Shown piece after piece: positions 26,636 through 39,740 of a DNA stretch of 64,000 nucleotides. Location: NCBI GenBank assembly GCA_012026655.1, contig JAAILG010001053.1, positions 1-64,000 of the forward strand. The letters run 5' to 3'. How positions within the stretch are numbered: position 1 is the stretch's first letter; each line of letters starts with the position of its first letter. The stretch is from Hydrolagus affinis. Taxonomy: Eukaryota. Made by a program: the position numbers and the translations under genes. The notes under the pieces are model-generated. The model made no database searches and was not told where the DNA came from. It saw only the letters and a list, made by a program, of their open reading frames with translations.

Positions 26636-27890
26636 CTTAACACAGGATGAATCAGTTTCAGGAGGAAGTGGAGGAATAATCTCTCTCAACGTTATAAAAC
26701 TGACTTATGTACTAAATTTGCTTACTACTGTACTATGAACAGGGAGGCTACATTGCCACTCACTCACATTAACTATTCTACTTTTGTCACCCTAGATATT
26801 AAAAGGATCGTTGCCTAGACTCAACCTCAGCTCCACAATATTCAAGTGAACATCAAAGAACCTATCCAGGCAGTGCAGCGTGGTCAGATGCAGGAACTGG
26901 CTTCCTTGGACATCATTTGGAGTTCTATTTGCCCAGTACAGATTTAAATGAAGAAATGCTGACTAGCCAACATGCAATAACCTGATGAATGAAATCGATG
27001 GGTCTGGGGGAAGATGGTAGTACAGGATGAAATGGTGCACATGTTAATCTGCACTGCGTGTTTTCAGAGGTAGAGGGCTGCTTTACTCTATTTCATACAG
27101 TAGCTCCTCGCTAATTGAAATTGGCTCATCTGGACTCCCCATGTCCATCTGTATAAATTCAGAGATGCTCTTTAGTTGAATACAAAGGACTTGTATATGC
27201 AGTATTGATTAGAGTATCAGGAAGCACATTAAAATCAGTTGCCTGTGCATGTGACTATACATAAGTGAAAGATAACATCACGTATCAGGTATGGATCTTC
27301 ATTTGCATTGACTTGTGCGTTCACAAGCACAAATATCACGCATATGGAATTGTGGGAGGCTTGGACTCAATGGATTCAGAGCCCGTCTGTTCCAGCAATT
27401 CTACTGCTTTCAGCACCATTCTTCACCGGGAAAGTAGCTGGTGACCTGAGAACATTTATCCAGATTATTGCTGCACATAATGGCTATAATCGCTGGATTT
27501 GTGGCTCCGACTGTGTAGAATCGGTTTATTCAGCAAAGAAAGGGTCAACTCCAGAGCAGTGGCCCTTCATTTTAACAGCAGCAGAGCAGAAGTGCTGGGC
27601 CAGCAAGGATCATACTGGTTGCCACAAAAAGGTAAACTGCAAAATACGGCAAATCACAAAAAAAATCAGAAATTGCTGGAAGTGCAAGCAGGTCAAATCA
27701 GCCATTCGAATGAAAAAAAAGTATGTTTCAAGTCGATCTTTCATCACAGACCATGCAAGAAGGTTCTATCCAGTGAAGAGTCACACCTGATAAGCTGTGT
27801 TATATTTTTGGTTCATAAACAACGGGTTAGGGTTCACAATAATAGACAACGGAGTTGGCTGAATTGATTACTAAACTTTACATTTGATAT

Positions 27891-27990
27891 NNNNNNNNNN
27901 NNNNNNNNNNNNNNNNNNNNNNNNNNNNNNNNNNNNNNNNNNNNNNNNNNNNNNNNNNNNNNNNNNNNNNNNNNNNNNNNNNNNNNNNNN
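27891..27990. other. Assembly gap (100 N)
   Basis: Run of N; true size unknown. Confidence 1.
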
Positions 27991-28298
27991 CAAGCTGGGG
28001 AGACCAAGCTGGGGAGACCTGTGTTCGAATCCAGGCAGGTCAGGGCGAAACCTTGGGCAAGTTTCCTTACTCCACATGCCTAATAATAATCCCTCCAAAA
28101 AAAACCACAATAATAAAATTGGTCATTTCAATCCACGACTGTGTGTGGGACACTGCTGTGCACAATTGGCTGCCGCAATTCGCCCACAAATATATACAGT
28201 CAATTGACTTTACAGTATATTCTGTGAAGCGCTTTGGGACGTTGATAAGATGTGGAAAGCGCTATATCAAATGCAAGGATTATTATTATTATTATTAT
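27991..28298 (+). mobile_element. Same tRNA-headed SINE, 5' end lost in the gap
   Basis: B box GTTCGAATCC; same body as the other copies; (ATT)n tail. Confidence 0.88.
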
Positions 28299-31200
28299 AT
28301 TGCGTCTTTCATATCAGGAGTGTAGTTCCAAAGGGCTTTGGAGATTTAAATGAAGTAATGCTAACTAGCTAACATGCCTAGGACATGATGAATTAAGTAG
28401 ATGGGATAGTGGGGAAAGATGGTAGGACAAGATAAAATGGCCCACATATCAATCTGCACTGTGTGTATGTGTGTTCAGAGAGCCACTTTATTCCCTTTAA
28501 TACAGTAGCTCCTCAATGATACATAAATACTGATGCTGTATTTACAATGATGTTAAGTCCAGGCAACATGGGCAACAGAGTACCAGGAGCTAACTGATAC
28601 TCCATATAATTGCTCCACGGTAGACCATGATATTGGCAAAAAAGATGCTTCTAGCAAAGTCAGATCTTGTATTACTCAGACACTGCTATTACAGTTATGG
28701 TGTAAACTTCTAGCAATGTCACAGCATTATGGGATCATGCAATTTAAGTGATGTAAAAGGTTACAGATAAGACTGAAGCTTAAGATTCATGAAATGGTCA
28801 TAAAATGTATTGATGACTATATATGATCTTCCAATACCATGCATGATTAACTACAGAAAACCAGCTGGAAACAAAAAGTGCTATATCAACTGTAAGGATT
28901 ATTATCATTAGTAAATAGGTGATCCAAAAGACTTCCATAGTCTATTAACAATAGAAATTCAGGGGCAAAGTACAATTGGTTCAAAGTGAGTTGGTTAAAT
29001 ATAAAGATAAATGTACCAAGCCTAGAGAGGAAGAAACTCAAGCTGAACAAAACTGTACGTGTAAAATAACATTATTGTGGAGAAGGACTGATTTTGATTC
29101 TAAGGTAAGAATGTCAAAAACATCCGGCAAGCAGAATGACAATAAAAGCAAGCTTCACGCCCTGGCACCTCCCTACGTCTTCGACCTGCTTATCCACAGC
29201 CTGACTCAGGCCTCCTCTGTGATGCTACCCTCCCTGCATGAAGGGTACTATACAAACGCAAGTTGTTTTTGTGGTTATGAACAGCAGCTTGGATTTAACA
29301 AATACTTTGGTATTATCTGAGGGTTGCTATGCAGGTTAAGGTGAGGATGTTCTGTAACTGGACTTTTACTAGGTGTTTGATGAAGTTCTTCATAGAAGAT
29401 GCGTTGAAAGTGACAGCCCAGCCCATTGATCAGAGATGATATTAGCTGGCTAGAGAACAAGTAGAAGAAAACGACCAGTGCTGGGATCCGGCAGTTCAGA
29501 GCATTCATTAGAAACCCAATTAAAATTATACCTAAAGGTATTGCAATAAGTGTCTGGACTTATGGACGATGCAAAATTATGAGGAGACCAGCTTTACTTA
29601 AAAAGAGCCAGACAAACAAACACAGCAATTACCACCAAGAAATGGAAGATACATGTACTGGTGCTAAAAATAGCAACTTTGATTACACAGGCACAGGGTG
29701 TAACATAAAATAAGGTACAGGAGGAAGGAGATTTGGGTGTGAGAGCACAAACATTTAGTCTTCTCACTTAGTCCTGCAGTGGTTGTCAAGGCAAACAAAA
29801 ACTGTACAAACCCCCAGGTGGTGACTCGACAGAACAAGGGTTGGTGATTTCATGCAGGAAGAACTAGCCAAGGTTTGTTCAACCACTTTACAAACAAAGA
29901 AATCTCTGCATGTGTCAGACACCCAGCTGACTCCAAAAAAAATATGGAAAGGGCTTATGACCATAATGATCGTAAATGAATGAGTGAAATCTATTCGTGT
30001 TGAGAAATAAAGAGCAAAAGTTATTTAGGTTTAGGGAAAATGTAGGGAAAACAATGGAGATGAGATTCAGCTCTCCTCCTTCCCTTACTCCACATGAACC
30101 AGTATGTTATTTGTGTCCTGCTCTCATTCAACACTTCAAATCTCTCCCAGGCCTGTGTTCAGTAGTGATTGACCTGGAACCACTAGTACTTTGCCCTGTG
30201 TTTATACAGTTCAAAACAGTTTACAGACACCAGTTTGAAAGGAGGTAATCTGTAACTGTTCCACTGGGGATTGTTTTTCAAAAAACTGTTCCACTGGGGA
30301 TTCTATTTTCTACATTTACTGAACTCTAGCAAGCTATTCGCACTGTACAAAGTGTGCACCTTCCCACAAAGGGAATTTGTGTACCTCAAGACTGCCAAGA
30401 CCTACGTGTCAAATGAATGTTGAAGAGACGATGTAACCATGCTCAGACAAATATTTGTTTTTACCGCCTGTCTCAAAGTGCTTCTTCACACAATGAAGTG
30501 AACTGACTTCTGTAGCACTTAATGTGTGCTCATAGTGTCCAACAAACGTATGATCAATTGACCTTTTTTTTGTTAAATTGGGAAGGTAGAAATATTGGAC
30601 AGGAGAGCTCCCTGCTCTTCAAAATCCATCTAAATCAGTAGATGTAAACTTAATTTAACTTCTCATTTAAACCCTAGTGCCTCCAAACATGGGGGGCTCC
30701 CTCAGTATTGAACCCAAGCCAAACAATGAGTTTAAGTCTTGATGTGGGCATCAATCTCATAGTTTACCAATGGCAACAAAGTGTACTCCCAGAAGGAGAT
30801 AGATTTCAGCACAGAGACAGCATGGCACTTTTTCAGTCATGATATCTTAGTTACTATGGGGGTGGTAGCTTTAAATACCACTATGTTTTAAGGAGTTGTC
30901 TCACAATTTTTGCAATTACACCTTCATTGTCCTCTCTAGACTGAAGCCAGATTTCCAATGCTCTGTGATTTTTTTTTAGATTCCCTATTACTTGTCTGCA
31001 TAATAGAGTAGCATGCATCCATTAATTGAAGCGTGGCTTGTGAATATTATTAATAATAATCCTGATTTGATATAACATTTTTCACGTCCATTCCGCCTCT
31101 CTGTTGCCATCCTGGAGTACTCTATCTTCCCCCACCCCACCCCTCCATCTTCAATCCCAACTTTAGGACCCATCTTTTCAATCACTCTTTCAGACATCTG

Positions 31201-31732
31201 ACATTGTGAAAGAGACAAAGAGTGAGAATTTTCATTCCAGCCATGACAACAAAGCACAGGCATCCGCCACAAGCAATTCTTGAGGGGTTGTAGAATAACT
31301 TGGGTCAGAGAAGCCCACTAACCAACAGCGGAAACAGCACGGCCTTAAACACAAAGGCAAAAATAAGATCCAGCAACATAGATTGAATAGCGCTACCTGG
31401 AACTCTAGGGGCCATTGCCCTAAGAAAATACCTAGCATTCAAAAAGTGATATAATACTTGAGTTATAATTCGTATGCAGGTTTACAGCACAAGGAAGATC
31501 ATTGCAAAGTGCCACAATGCTGAATGTAGATGTGAATCACCGCATTCCAGTCAGCCAATGCCTTGGTTAGCACTGAGCTCAGACTGACCACTCGCAAGTA
31601 TCTCACTACACATGCTGGAGAGAAAAACAGAGGCAGTTGGGTTATGGATTAACAAAAAGTGCAGCACGCAATCATTGCAATTAAAATAAAATCCAGTCAT
31701 CCTCGGTCATATGGAAAGTGAATAAACTACTA

Positions 31733-32039
31733 AGTAATAATAATCCTTGCATTTGATATAGCACTTTTCACACCTTCTAGACGTCTCAAAGTGCTTCACA
31801 GAATATACTGTAGTGAATTGACTGTATATTTGTGGGCAAAACGTGGCAGCCAATTGCACACAGCAGTGTCCCACAAACAGTTGTGGATTGAAATGACCAA
31901 TTCACTATTGTTTTTTTAAAAAGGGATTATTATTAGGCGTGTGGAATAAGGAAATTTGCCCAAGGTTTTGCCCTGTCTGGAATCAAACTCAGGTCTCTCG
32001 CTTGTAAGGTGAGTGCTCTAACCAGAGCTACAGGACTCC
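31733..32039 (-). mobile_element. Full-length copy of the tRNA-headed SINE
   Basis: Colinear with 275-589 and 57179-57478. Confidence 0.88.
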
Positions 32040-32294
32040 GGTAGCCAATTCTCAACCACTGGGGTACAAGCAGAATGCAAACAATCCAAAATACTCAGAA
32101 ACTTTTGAGTTGGGTTAGGTGCATGCTAGTTTTGAAAGATAAAACTGGTGAGTTTAGTTGTTCTGTTGTGGACACCTGTATCATAATAAGATTTGTATTC
32201 CAGCGAGGCTCGTTATAATGAAGGGAGAAGGGAAACCCTAGGTTGTCAATGGACCTGTATTACATACATCGAACAACAAGCTCCACTCATACAG

Positions 32295-32677
32295 CGCCCT
32301 TCATTCAAAGCCCTCCGTAGCCTCGCCCCACCCTACATCCATGACCTTCTAACCCCCTCTGCTCAGCAGGCTCCGGCCTGCTCCATATCCCCTGATCCAC
32401 CCGCCTCACCATTGGCAGGCACGCCTTTAGCAACTCTGCCCCCAACCTCTGGAACTCCATCCTGCATTCCCTCCACCTCGCCCTCTCCCTGGCCTCTTCT
32501 AAGTCCCGCCTCAAGATCCTCCTCAAGACCCACCTCTTCGACGGTTCCATCAGTCACCCAAATCCCCCACTTTCCCCCCTGTCTCCAGCTCGGATCTGAA
32601 ACAATGACTGCCGAGCGCCTTGTGACGTCCACCTGACGTGAAAGGCGCTATATAAGGGTCATTTTGTTGTTGTTGTT
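32295..32677 (+). mobile_element. L2 3' fragment
   Basis: Colinear with 6370-6757; (TTG)n tail. Confidence 0.85.
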
Positions 32678-33859
32678 CAGCCAGTCACATTGCTCTAACT
32701 AGGGAGGGGGGTGGGAGGGAATGAGAAGAAGAAGGAGAACAAAGGTCAAGACTTGAGAAGGTTATATTTCTATATCTGTGTTTTGATCAGATAAGCGGGT
32801 GTCAGGATACTGTTTATAGTTGTTGTCAGATCAGGCCTATATTCATGTTAAAAATTGATGTGAACTAAATGATCAAAGTAATATTTGACTGTAGCCTGGC
32901 ACTTCATAGAATTGCCCAATCCTCCACGTATGTGCTAAGCGAGTACAGCCTCTGTGTATACTACTTGTAGATTGAAAATTGAGAAGCACTACAAAGGGTG
33001 ATCTCTGCCTTTTGTTCTGTCAGGGGAAGGCAGAATTAGGTTCTGCTTTCTAAGGGAAGCAGTTTGTTATTACGTAGCGTTGAGAGTGAAGATTTCTGCA
33101 GAAGGAGAGTCTGTGGTTTACTCATCAAGAAAATTGCAACGAACAAAGCCCGATTAAGGAGCTAGAAGGAGAAAAACAAGGCACTTCCTGTGCATTTTAG
33201 TCAAGCTAAATTCGGCAGTGTTTATTTTTTTGCCAATTTTCTTCTCTTGAAGTCCTGACTCATGCTGGGGTACAGCTCCACACTCACTGCTAACCCTTTG
33301 CAGCCTCACCCCCACGGGTTTTCCAGTAGGACAATGTCTCGCCTACAAAATATACAGTCAATTCAATTTATTGTATATTCTGTGAAGCCCTTTGAGACAA
33401 CACAATGATGAGATAAGGTCCTGTATCAAATGGAAGGATTATCTGTGAAACAAAACCCCCCCCTGAGAGATTATTTTTATCCTTAGTGTAGCTGAGATGT
33501 AATGTAGCACCCCAACCTCTGCCCTACTACCTCAGCAAACATCAAGAATGGGCCAGGCCCGAAAACATTAGTGATTTACCAAGCTGTGACCACTAGCCCA
33601 TTAAGTGAGAATTTTACAGTACAGTAGTTTTAAATCAACTAGGCTGTTTAAACTGATTAAAATCAGCCATTACGGATTTTTGCACTGGTACTGTGATGTA
33701 CACAAGAAGCAAAGTGCTGGTGAACAGAGGTTCTAAGGATTCCATTGAAGGAATGGCTGCTTGTCCTTTAGGGGAGCGGGCAGTATATACTATATAACAA
33801 CAACAACTTCGATTTATAGAGCACCCTCCACGCCGGACGGTGTCTCAGAGTGCTATATA

Positions 33860-34207
33860 CAGTAAAAGCTTTGTTATCCGGCACCCTCGGGACCTACCCG
33901 GTGCCGGTTAATCAAATATGCCAAATATTCAAGCGGCAAGTTGCCGAAAATCCTACACAAAAAGTTAACTTATTTTAAAACATACCATATTAATAATAGA
34001 CTAAATAATAACAGAATATTGTATAGATACTTACCAATAAAGCATTCCAGCACACTCGGTAAAATGATCAGTAAATTCTAGCGTTTGGTAAGTTTAATAA
34101 ATGCGCAATTCACCATTCCGGTTGCTGGAATGGTTGATTTGTATTTGGAGATACCGGTTGGTTAAGTGTTCCGGTTGGTTGGGTGCCGGATAACCAAGCT
34201 TTTACTG
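33860..34207. mobile_element. Tigger-type MITE (348 bp)
   Basis: TA flanks; near-perfect 27-bp TIRs CAGTAAAAGCTTTGTTATCCGGCACCC / GGGTGCCGGATAACCAAGCTTTTACTG; no ORF. Confidence 0.9.
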
Positions 34208-37200
34208 TATTACTAATATAATTATTGTCGCCTCCCGACGTGAAAGGCGCTCTACAAATGTAGTTTTGTTGTTGTTAATAATAATCCTTGTATTTGATAT
34301 AGCACTTTTCATGCCTTCAAGAAGTTTCAAAACGCTTCCCAGAATATACTGTAAAATTAATTGACTGTATACTTTCTGAGCGAAACATGGCAGGCAGCAA
34401 TGTCCCACAGTCGTGGATTGAGTGACCAAATTATTATTGTTTTTATCCCTCCAGAATACTCATCAAACTGTCCTCCCATCACAGCATCAAGTTGCTTTTT
34501 AAAAAGGAAACTCTTACCTCCTCCCCACAAACACACTCCTCCCTGACAACCCCTCCACTCCCCATCCCACTATTTTCCTGGAGGGGATCTCCTAATCTTG
34601 AGTTGATACTTCGCAGAATCCAACTAGTGCTTATTTCAGGAAAAAAATTATCCACAAACTAAACTAACTATTCCACTCACTGTTCTGCAAAGAATCATCA
34701 TGATCTTTAAATACATTAATTGAAGAATTTTAGATAGAACCAGTGAGGAGGAGGTTTCCTTTCAAGTTGTTTTTAACTGTAATCTGCAAGTCTGGGCGTG
34801 ATCAATAATAATGTAACATAATCATTTTCTGTCAGGCCGCAAGACTGCGAGATAGGGCACCTTAAGGGCTCCACCTCAAGGCAGTTCCATCCCGATTAGA
34901 ATTAGATTAGTATGTGCTCAGTACGTACATCTGCCACAGCTCCAGCCTTTATAGAGCACCACGAGATGACAAGCACAGAAAGCACAGTAAAACAGTCAAA
35001 AAAAAATTGCATTTTTTAAAATAGACCTTTATGCTGTTGGAATGTCTCAAAACGCTTCACTGGAAATTACGGTTAAGTGTAGTGACTGTTTTTGATACAA
35101 AGTAGATTTACACAAAAATAGATTTTTGCCTAATCCAACAATAAAACAATTAAGGCGAGACAAAACCGGCACACGGTGATTGAGTACAAGAATGGCAACA
35201 AGTCCTGTTTACGTAACCATAGACCCATCAACCTACACCAAAAAGATAATGAAAACTATTATAACTATACTAATACTGGGAGTGATGACGTCCTCCCGAC
35301 ATGAAAGGCGCTCTATAAATGTAATTTGTTGTTGTTGTTGTTGAGTAGTATTTACTGCGCAGAGGTTCTGTGCCTCCGTGGGCTGGCGCTCGCTGCAGGC
35401 CTCCCAACAGTCTTCAGTTTCACGGGATTGGCCCTGCATACTCCCCAAACTCCCTGCAACAACCTGCAGCGCGGACAGATAGCAAGCCCCATTCTAAATC
35501 TACTTTGTTACTCATATTCCTACAAAATGTAGGATTATCAGTTCTTTGAGTTGTCTTGGTAAAGTGCAAGGAGGTACGATTGATTTTCCCCCCTAGTTTA
35601 CAGAGGTTCACTATGACAAATTTTGAGAACTCCTGCTGAAGAACGATAATAATCCTTAGAGCCTTTCACATCAGGATGACGTCTTAAAATTCATTGCAGG
35701 ATTTATTGTAAATTTAGTGAGAATGTATTATTTTTGTGGATAAATGAATTTATAAGAGAAGATCCTAGTTGATCAACCTTTGTGCCTTCAAGTTCATTAC
35801 AAAAGTATGGTGATAGATTTATATGCGTCACATCGACTTGAACATTCACACTGAGGAGATTTCTAGTTGGACCGTCCTGCCAATGTGAAGGGTGCTCTAA
35901 AAATGTAATTTTGTTGTTTGTTGTTGTTCTAGTTAAATTAAATAACACAGGAACCCAGAGCAATTGTGGGACTGGATAATGTTGGATAAAAAATAGAATG
36001 GGGGTGTTGGGGGTGGTAATTTGGACTTTTATAGTTTCTAGTCTACATGAATTGTTGGAAATTACAACACAAATTATATTTGTGTAGCACCTTTCACATG
36101 GGGAGGACATCCCAAGATGCTGATTAACACAAACAAAGCTTGCTAATTTTGCCTAAGAGAGCAGCACTGACTGAGGTTGCAGCAAAATTTACAGAAAAGT
36201 TTGGGCGGACAACTGAAAGATCTAATAACACCTGAGAAATGGGATTCCGGTCAGAGGGAACTGAATTATAAGGAGAAAAAATAGGATTGAATTGGCAGAA
36301 TATTTCATTCAATAGCCCACTGCTGCTGCTGCATCCAGCAGATTCTCCCCAGTACAGACTTGCAACACTGAAAGCCTTTGATACCCAATAAAATAAGCAA
36401 ACCATATTGCATATGGAAAATCCAATAGTCAAAGGACGTACTGTATTCTTAAATTATTATAACACTGGGAGAATTTTGTCAACACCCAGGAGATATTGCC
36501 TTCACTTCTGGAGGAAAAGGAATCATTAATAAAAAGCTTCAAAGCCTACCAAGAATTTTTACAATTGAACTCTACCTTTTAAAATTGATCTGGCACAGGG
36601 GAGCAATTTATTCAAGTATTAGAATCAATTTGAAAACAATGGTCAGAATGTTTTTCTAAATATTGCTGCCATCTATTCCCCTGGAGAAGCCTGAACAATA
36701 ATACAAAATGTATAATATATTGTAACCCAAGTGTCTCCTTTCTCCCTTGGCCCAGTAGCCTTCCTTCCACACGAGTTAGTGGCCATTGTTAGTGGTTGCT
36801 TTGCAATCTCAAAACTCTTGAGATTCTCTGTCTCTCCTCGCATTTCACTCATAAAATACACAGTCAATTCACAATAGATCTGTAAACGCTTTGAGGTTTC
36901 TCAATTATGTCATAAGGTGCTATATCAAATGCAAGGATTATTATTTCTCGCTCTCCCTCCAACCACGGCCATCTAACACTGTGTGGAGAATACTTCACAT
37001 AGCAGAATGCCCGACAATTAGCAAAACAGACAACATACAAAGATTAATCTGTACCCTATGGACAGACTCAAAAGAAAACTGCACCTTAAGAAGCAGCTCA
37101 ATTTTGCAAATGGTAAGACAATAGGGTAGGGCCATTCTGAAAAGATGAGATCAAATAGGTCAAAGAGTCTTTTTCCACCCAAAGCTCTTGTAATCACTGG

Positions 37201-39237
37201 AACATGTTGTTTTCCTCCCCACCTCACCCCGCATCCCCACACTCTGCAGCTTATAAATCCAAACAAGTTATGTAAAGGAAGATGGTTGTGGTATCACTCA
37301 GGGCTACAACTTGAAATATACTGAAAGCAAATCGGCCCTCGATTTTAATCCCTGAAGTATAATTGCTTTATTTCAAGAACGCTATGCATAAGCTTCCATA
37401 GATTGTGAACTGAACAGGTACAGACTTTATTCACACTTCCAAACAGTGAAAGGGCAGCTTTTTTACACTGCCAATGCAAACTACTGTCAGATCAAACAAA
37501 GGAGAGAGAAAAATAGCACAAAGAATACAGCATCTTAAAACAGAACATCTAGATTCTGGTCTGATTTCCACCCTGTGTGCATGGGGGCTTAAGGCTAGAT
37601 TGCGTGCAGACATTTTAGGAATGTTATGCCACGTCCTCAAAAATTGGGTTATGTAGAAGAGAAAAATAACTGCTGATGAGAAATGCAAAAGGAAAGCAGA
37701 ACGAGAGGCTCTGCTGGATTGAGGAATGTAGCGTTCGGAGGGCAGTGAAAAGCCCACAGAATAAACTGAACGTGCAGAGCCACAGGCCGCACTGCATGTT
37801 ATATTCCACTCACATCTTTCCCTGGCTCCCTGCTTCCACCTCTCCCTAGCAACAGCCTTCCGGAGATGTGGAGCACCAATGATATTGCAGATTAATTCCT
37901 TTTGTGCTGATCAGGTCTCAGTTTATCCGTTTGGGCCTGTGGACTGGAACTTCCCCAGTTCAGCCACTTGACTCCCAAACCTTGCAGGACCACGTGCTGG
38001 GGTAGTTAACACTCCCTCGAGGTAGTACGGAGGCTCTCCTGCTCGGCTCCATTCAATGCCTTTACACCTCAGGCTCTCGTTAAATAATGGTGATATCACA
38101 CACTTGCTCAGGTCAGAGGGTTTATGCTCTTGTTATGATACACGCAGCTCATTGGGACACCTAGATGGGATGTAGTGTTCTCCAGTACACCAAGCATTTC
38201 ATTTTAATGGAATGCACCAAACGTCTTTCACTTCTGTTAAAGGTTACAGAGAGTTACATATAGCTACAACAAACAGAGAAAGTCCAGGATAAGGTTCTGT
38301 ACTTTAATAGTTCACTAGTGAAGACCAGCACAAAGACGTTGTGTTCTGAGGCTCATAGTCAGTAATAGGTCAGATGACCGGCACTTTGTTAGTTTGTTAG
38401 CCATTTTCATTTTCTCTTTATGCTTTGTCTGAGCCACACGCCAGATAGCATGCCATTTGCCAACAAACACTTATATTCTAGAAGGAGTCATCCCGTCAAT
38501 TGACAACATGAACGGAACACACTCGAGTGTAAACCACAGCCCAATGGAGCATTGGGATATTCACACATGAGCTCCCAAGACAGAGCAGAGAGCTTAACAT
38601 AGACACAGCTAGTTTTAGAAGCAAGAACCTGCTCCAGGTCTGAACCATGCATTCCTTTATTTAAATCCTCTGCTAAAGTAATCACACTTTGGAGCTCTGT
38701 CTCGATTTGCAAAGCACAACAGATGTGTCCTGGGGACAAAGCCAAGGGGATCCCCTTAGAGTGGCTCAGCTTCCAATCTCTGGCCTCAAAGTGCACGCTT
38801 TGTTTCCAGGCTGATCACAAGCCATTTCTCTCTCACTCCACCACACACTGAAATTTTCCAGGGTGTGCAGTCCTGGACTCTGTAGCTTTTTCATTTGGTT
38901 TTCATTATTTAAGAATAAAAACACAATCCAAGAATGGCCAAATCTTGTGTGAAGCACTGTGGTGAGAACCTCCCTGGAAAACCAGACACATCTATACATG
39001 AAAAACAAGTAACATCTGAGGATGTTACCGATATCCTTTACCAGGATGTTTCAGATAATCTTGCCAAACATCATTCAGCTGATCTTTGCTGCTCACTCCA
39101 GTCAAAGCAGTAAAGGGTTCAATGAATTCTGAAGTGTTTCATTATCCGTGCATGTGATTTTCAATACCTGCACTAGATTGTATCCGATATCATTCCAATA
39201 CTACAGTGAAGATAGTATGCCTGTCCTCCATCATCCA

Positions 39238-39740
39238 CTATGGTGAGACTGCACTCGCTTGGTTTGAGTCCTACCTCACAAACCGCCAGCACTACATCTC
39301 TGCAAATGGTTTCTCTTCTCGCTTCAGCCCAGTCATCTGCAGGGTACCCTAAGGATCAATCCATGGCCCCCTTCTCTTCCTCATCTACGTGCTCCCTGGC
39401 ACTGATGTAATCCGCAGACACAAGGTTAACTTCCACATGTTTGCAGATGACACTGAACTCTATTTTCCCACCTCCAATTGCGATCCCCAGTGCACTGATG
39501 TTCTGCCAGCTTGTCTGTCGAACTTCAAGAGCTGGATAAGTGCAAATTTCCTGTAGGTAAACATCAACAAGACGGAAGCCATACTCTTTGACTCCTGTCG
39601 TCGTCTTCTGTCCCACGGTTCCAACCTCCTCAACCTACCCTACACCTCTCTATCCTCCTGTCTCCTCAGAGCAGTTGCCTCCGCTCTACTGTGTCTAGCC
39701 TTCACCTTGTCCCCCAAATCCTCCGTGCCACCATTGGCAT
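39238..39740 (+). mobile_element. L2 RT pseudogene fragment
   Basis: ALAWFESYLTNRQHYIS...VP*GSIHGPLLFLIYVLP...HMFADDTELY, with an in-frame stop. Confidence 0.88.

Noticed and set aside
27308-27867. Overlapping 160-aa and 122-aa plus-strand ORFs as a nested gene
   Set aside because: Non-ATG starts, no recognisable domain, A-run-driven Lys bias and no promoter or splice support.
30254-30302. 19-bp direct repeat AACTGTTCCACTGGGGATT as a CRISPR-like array
   Set aside because: Only two units with a 30-bp period in a vertebrate intron; an ordinary local tandem duplication.
32193-32636. 147-aa Pro/Ser-rich ORF (similar ones at 6322, 14748 and 61650)
   Set aside because: Off-frame readings of decayed L2 3' ends.
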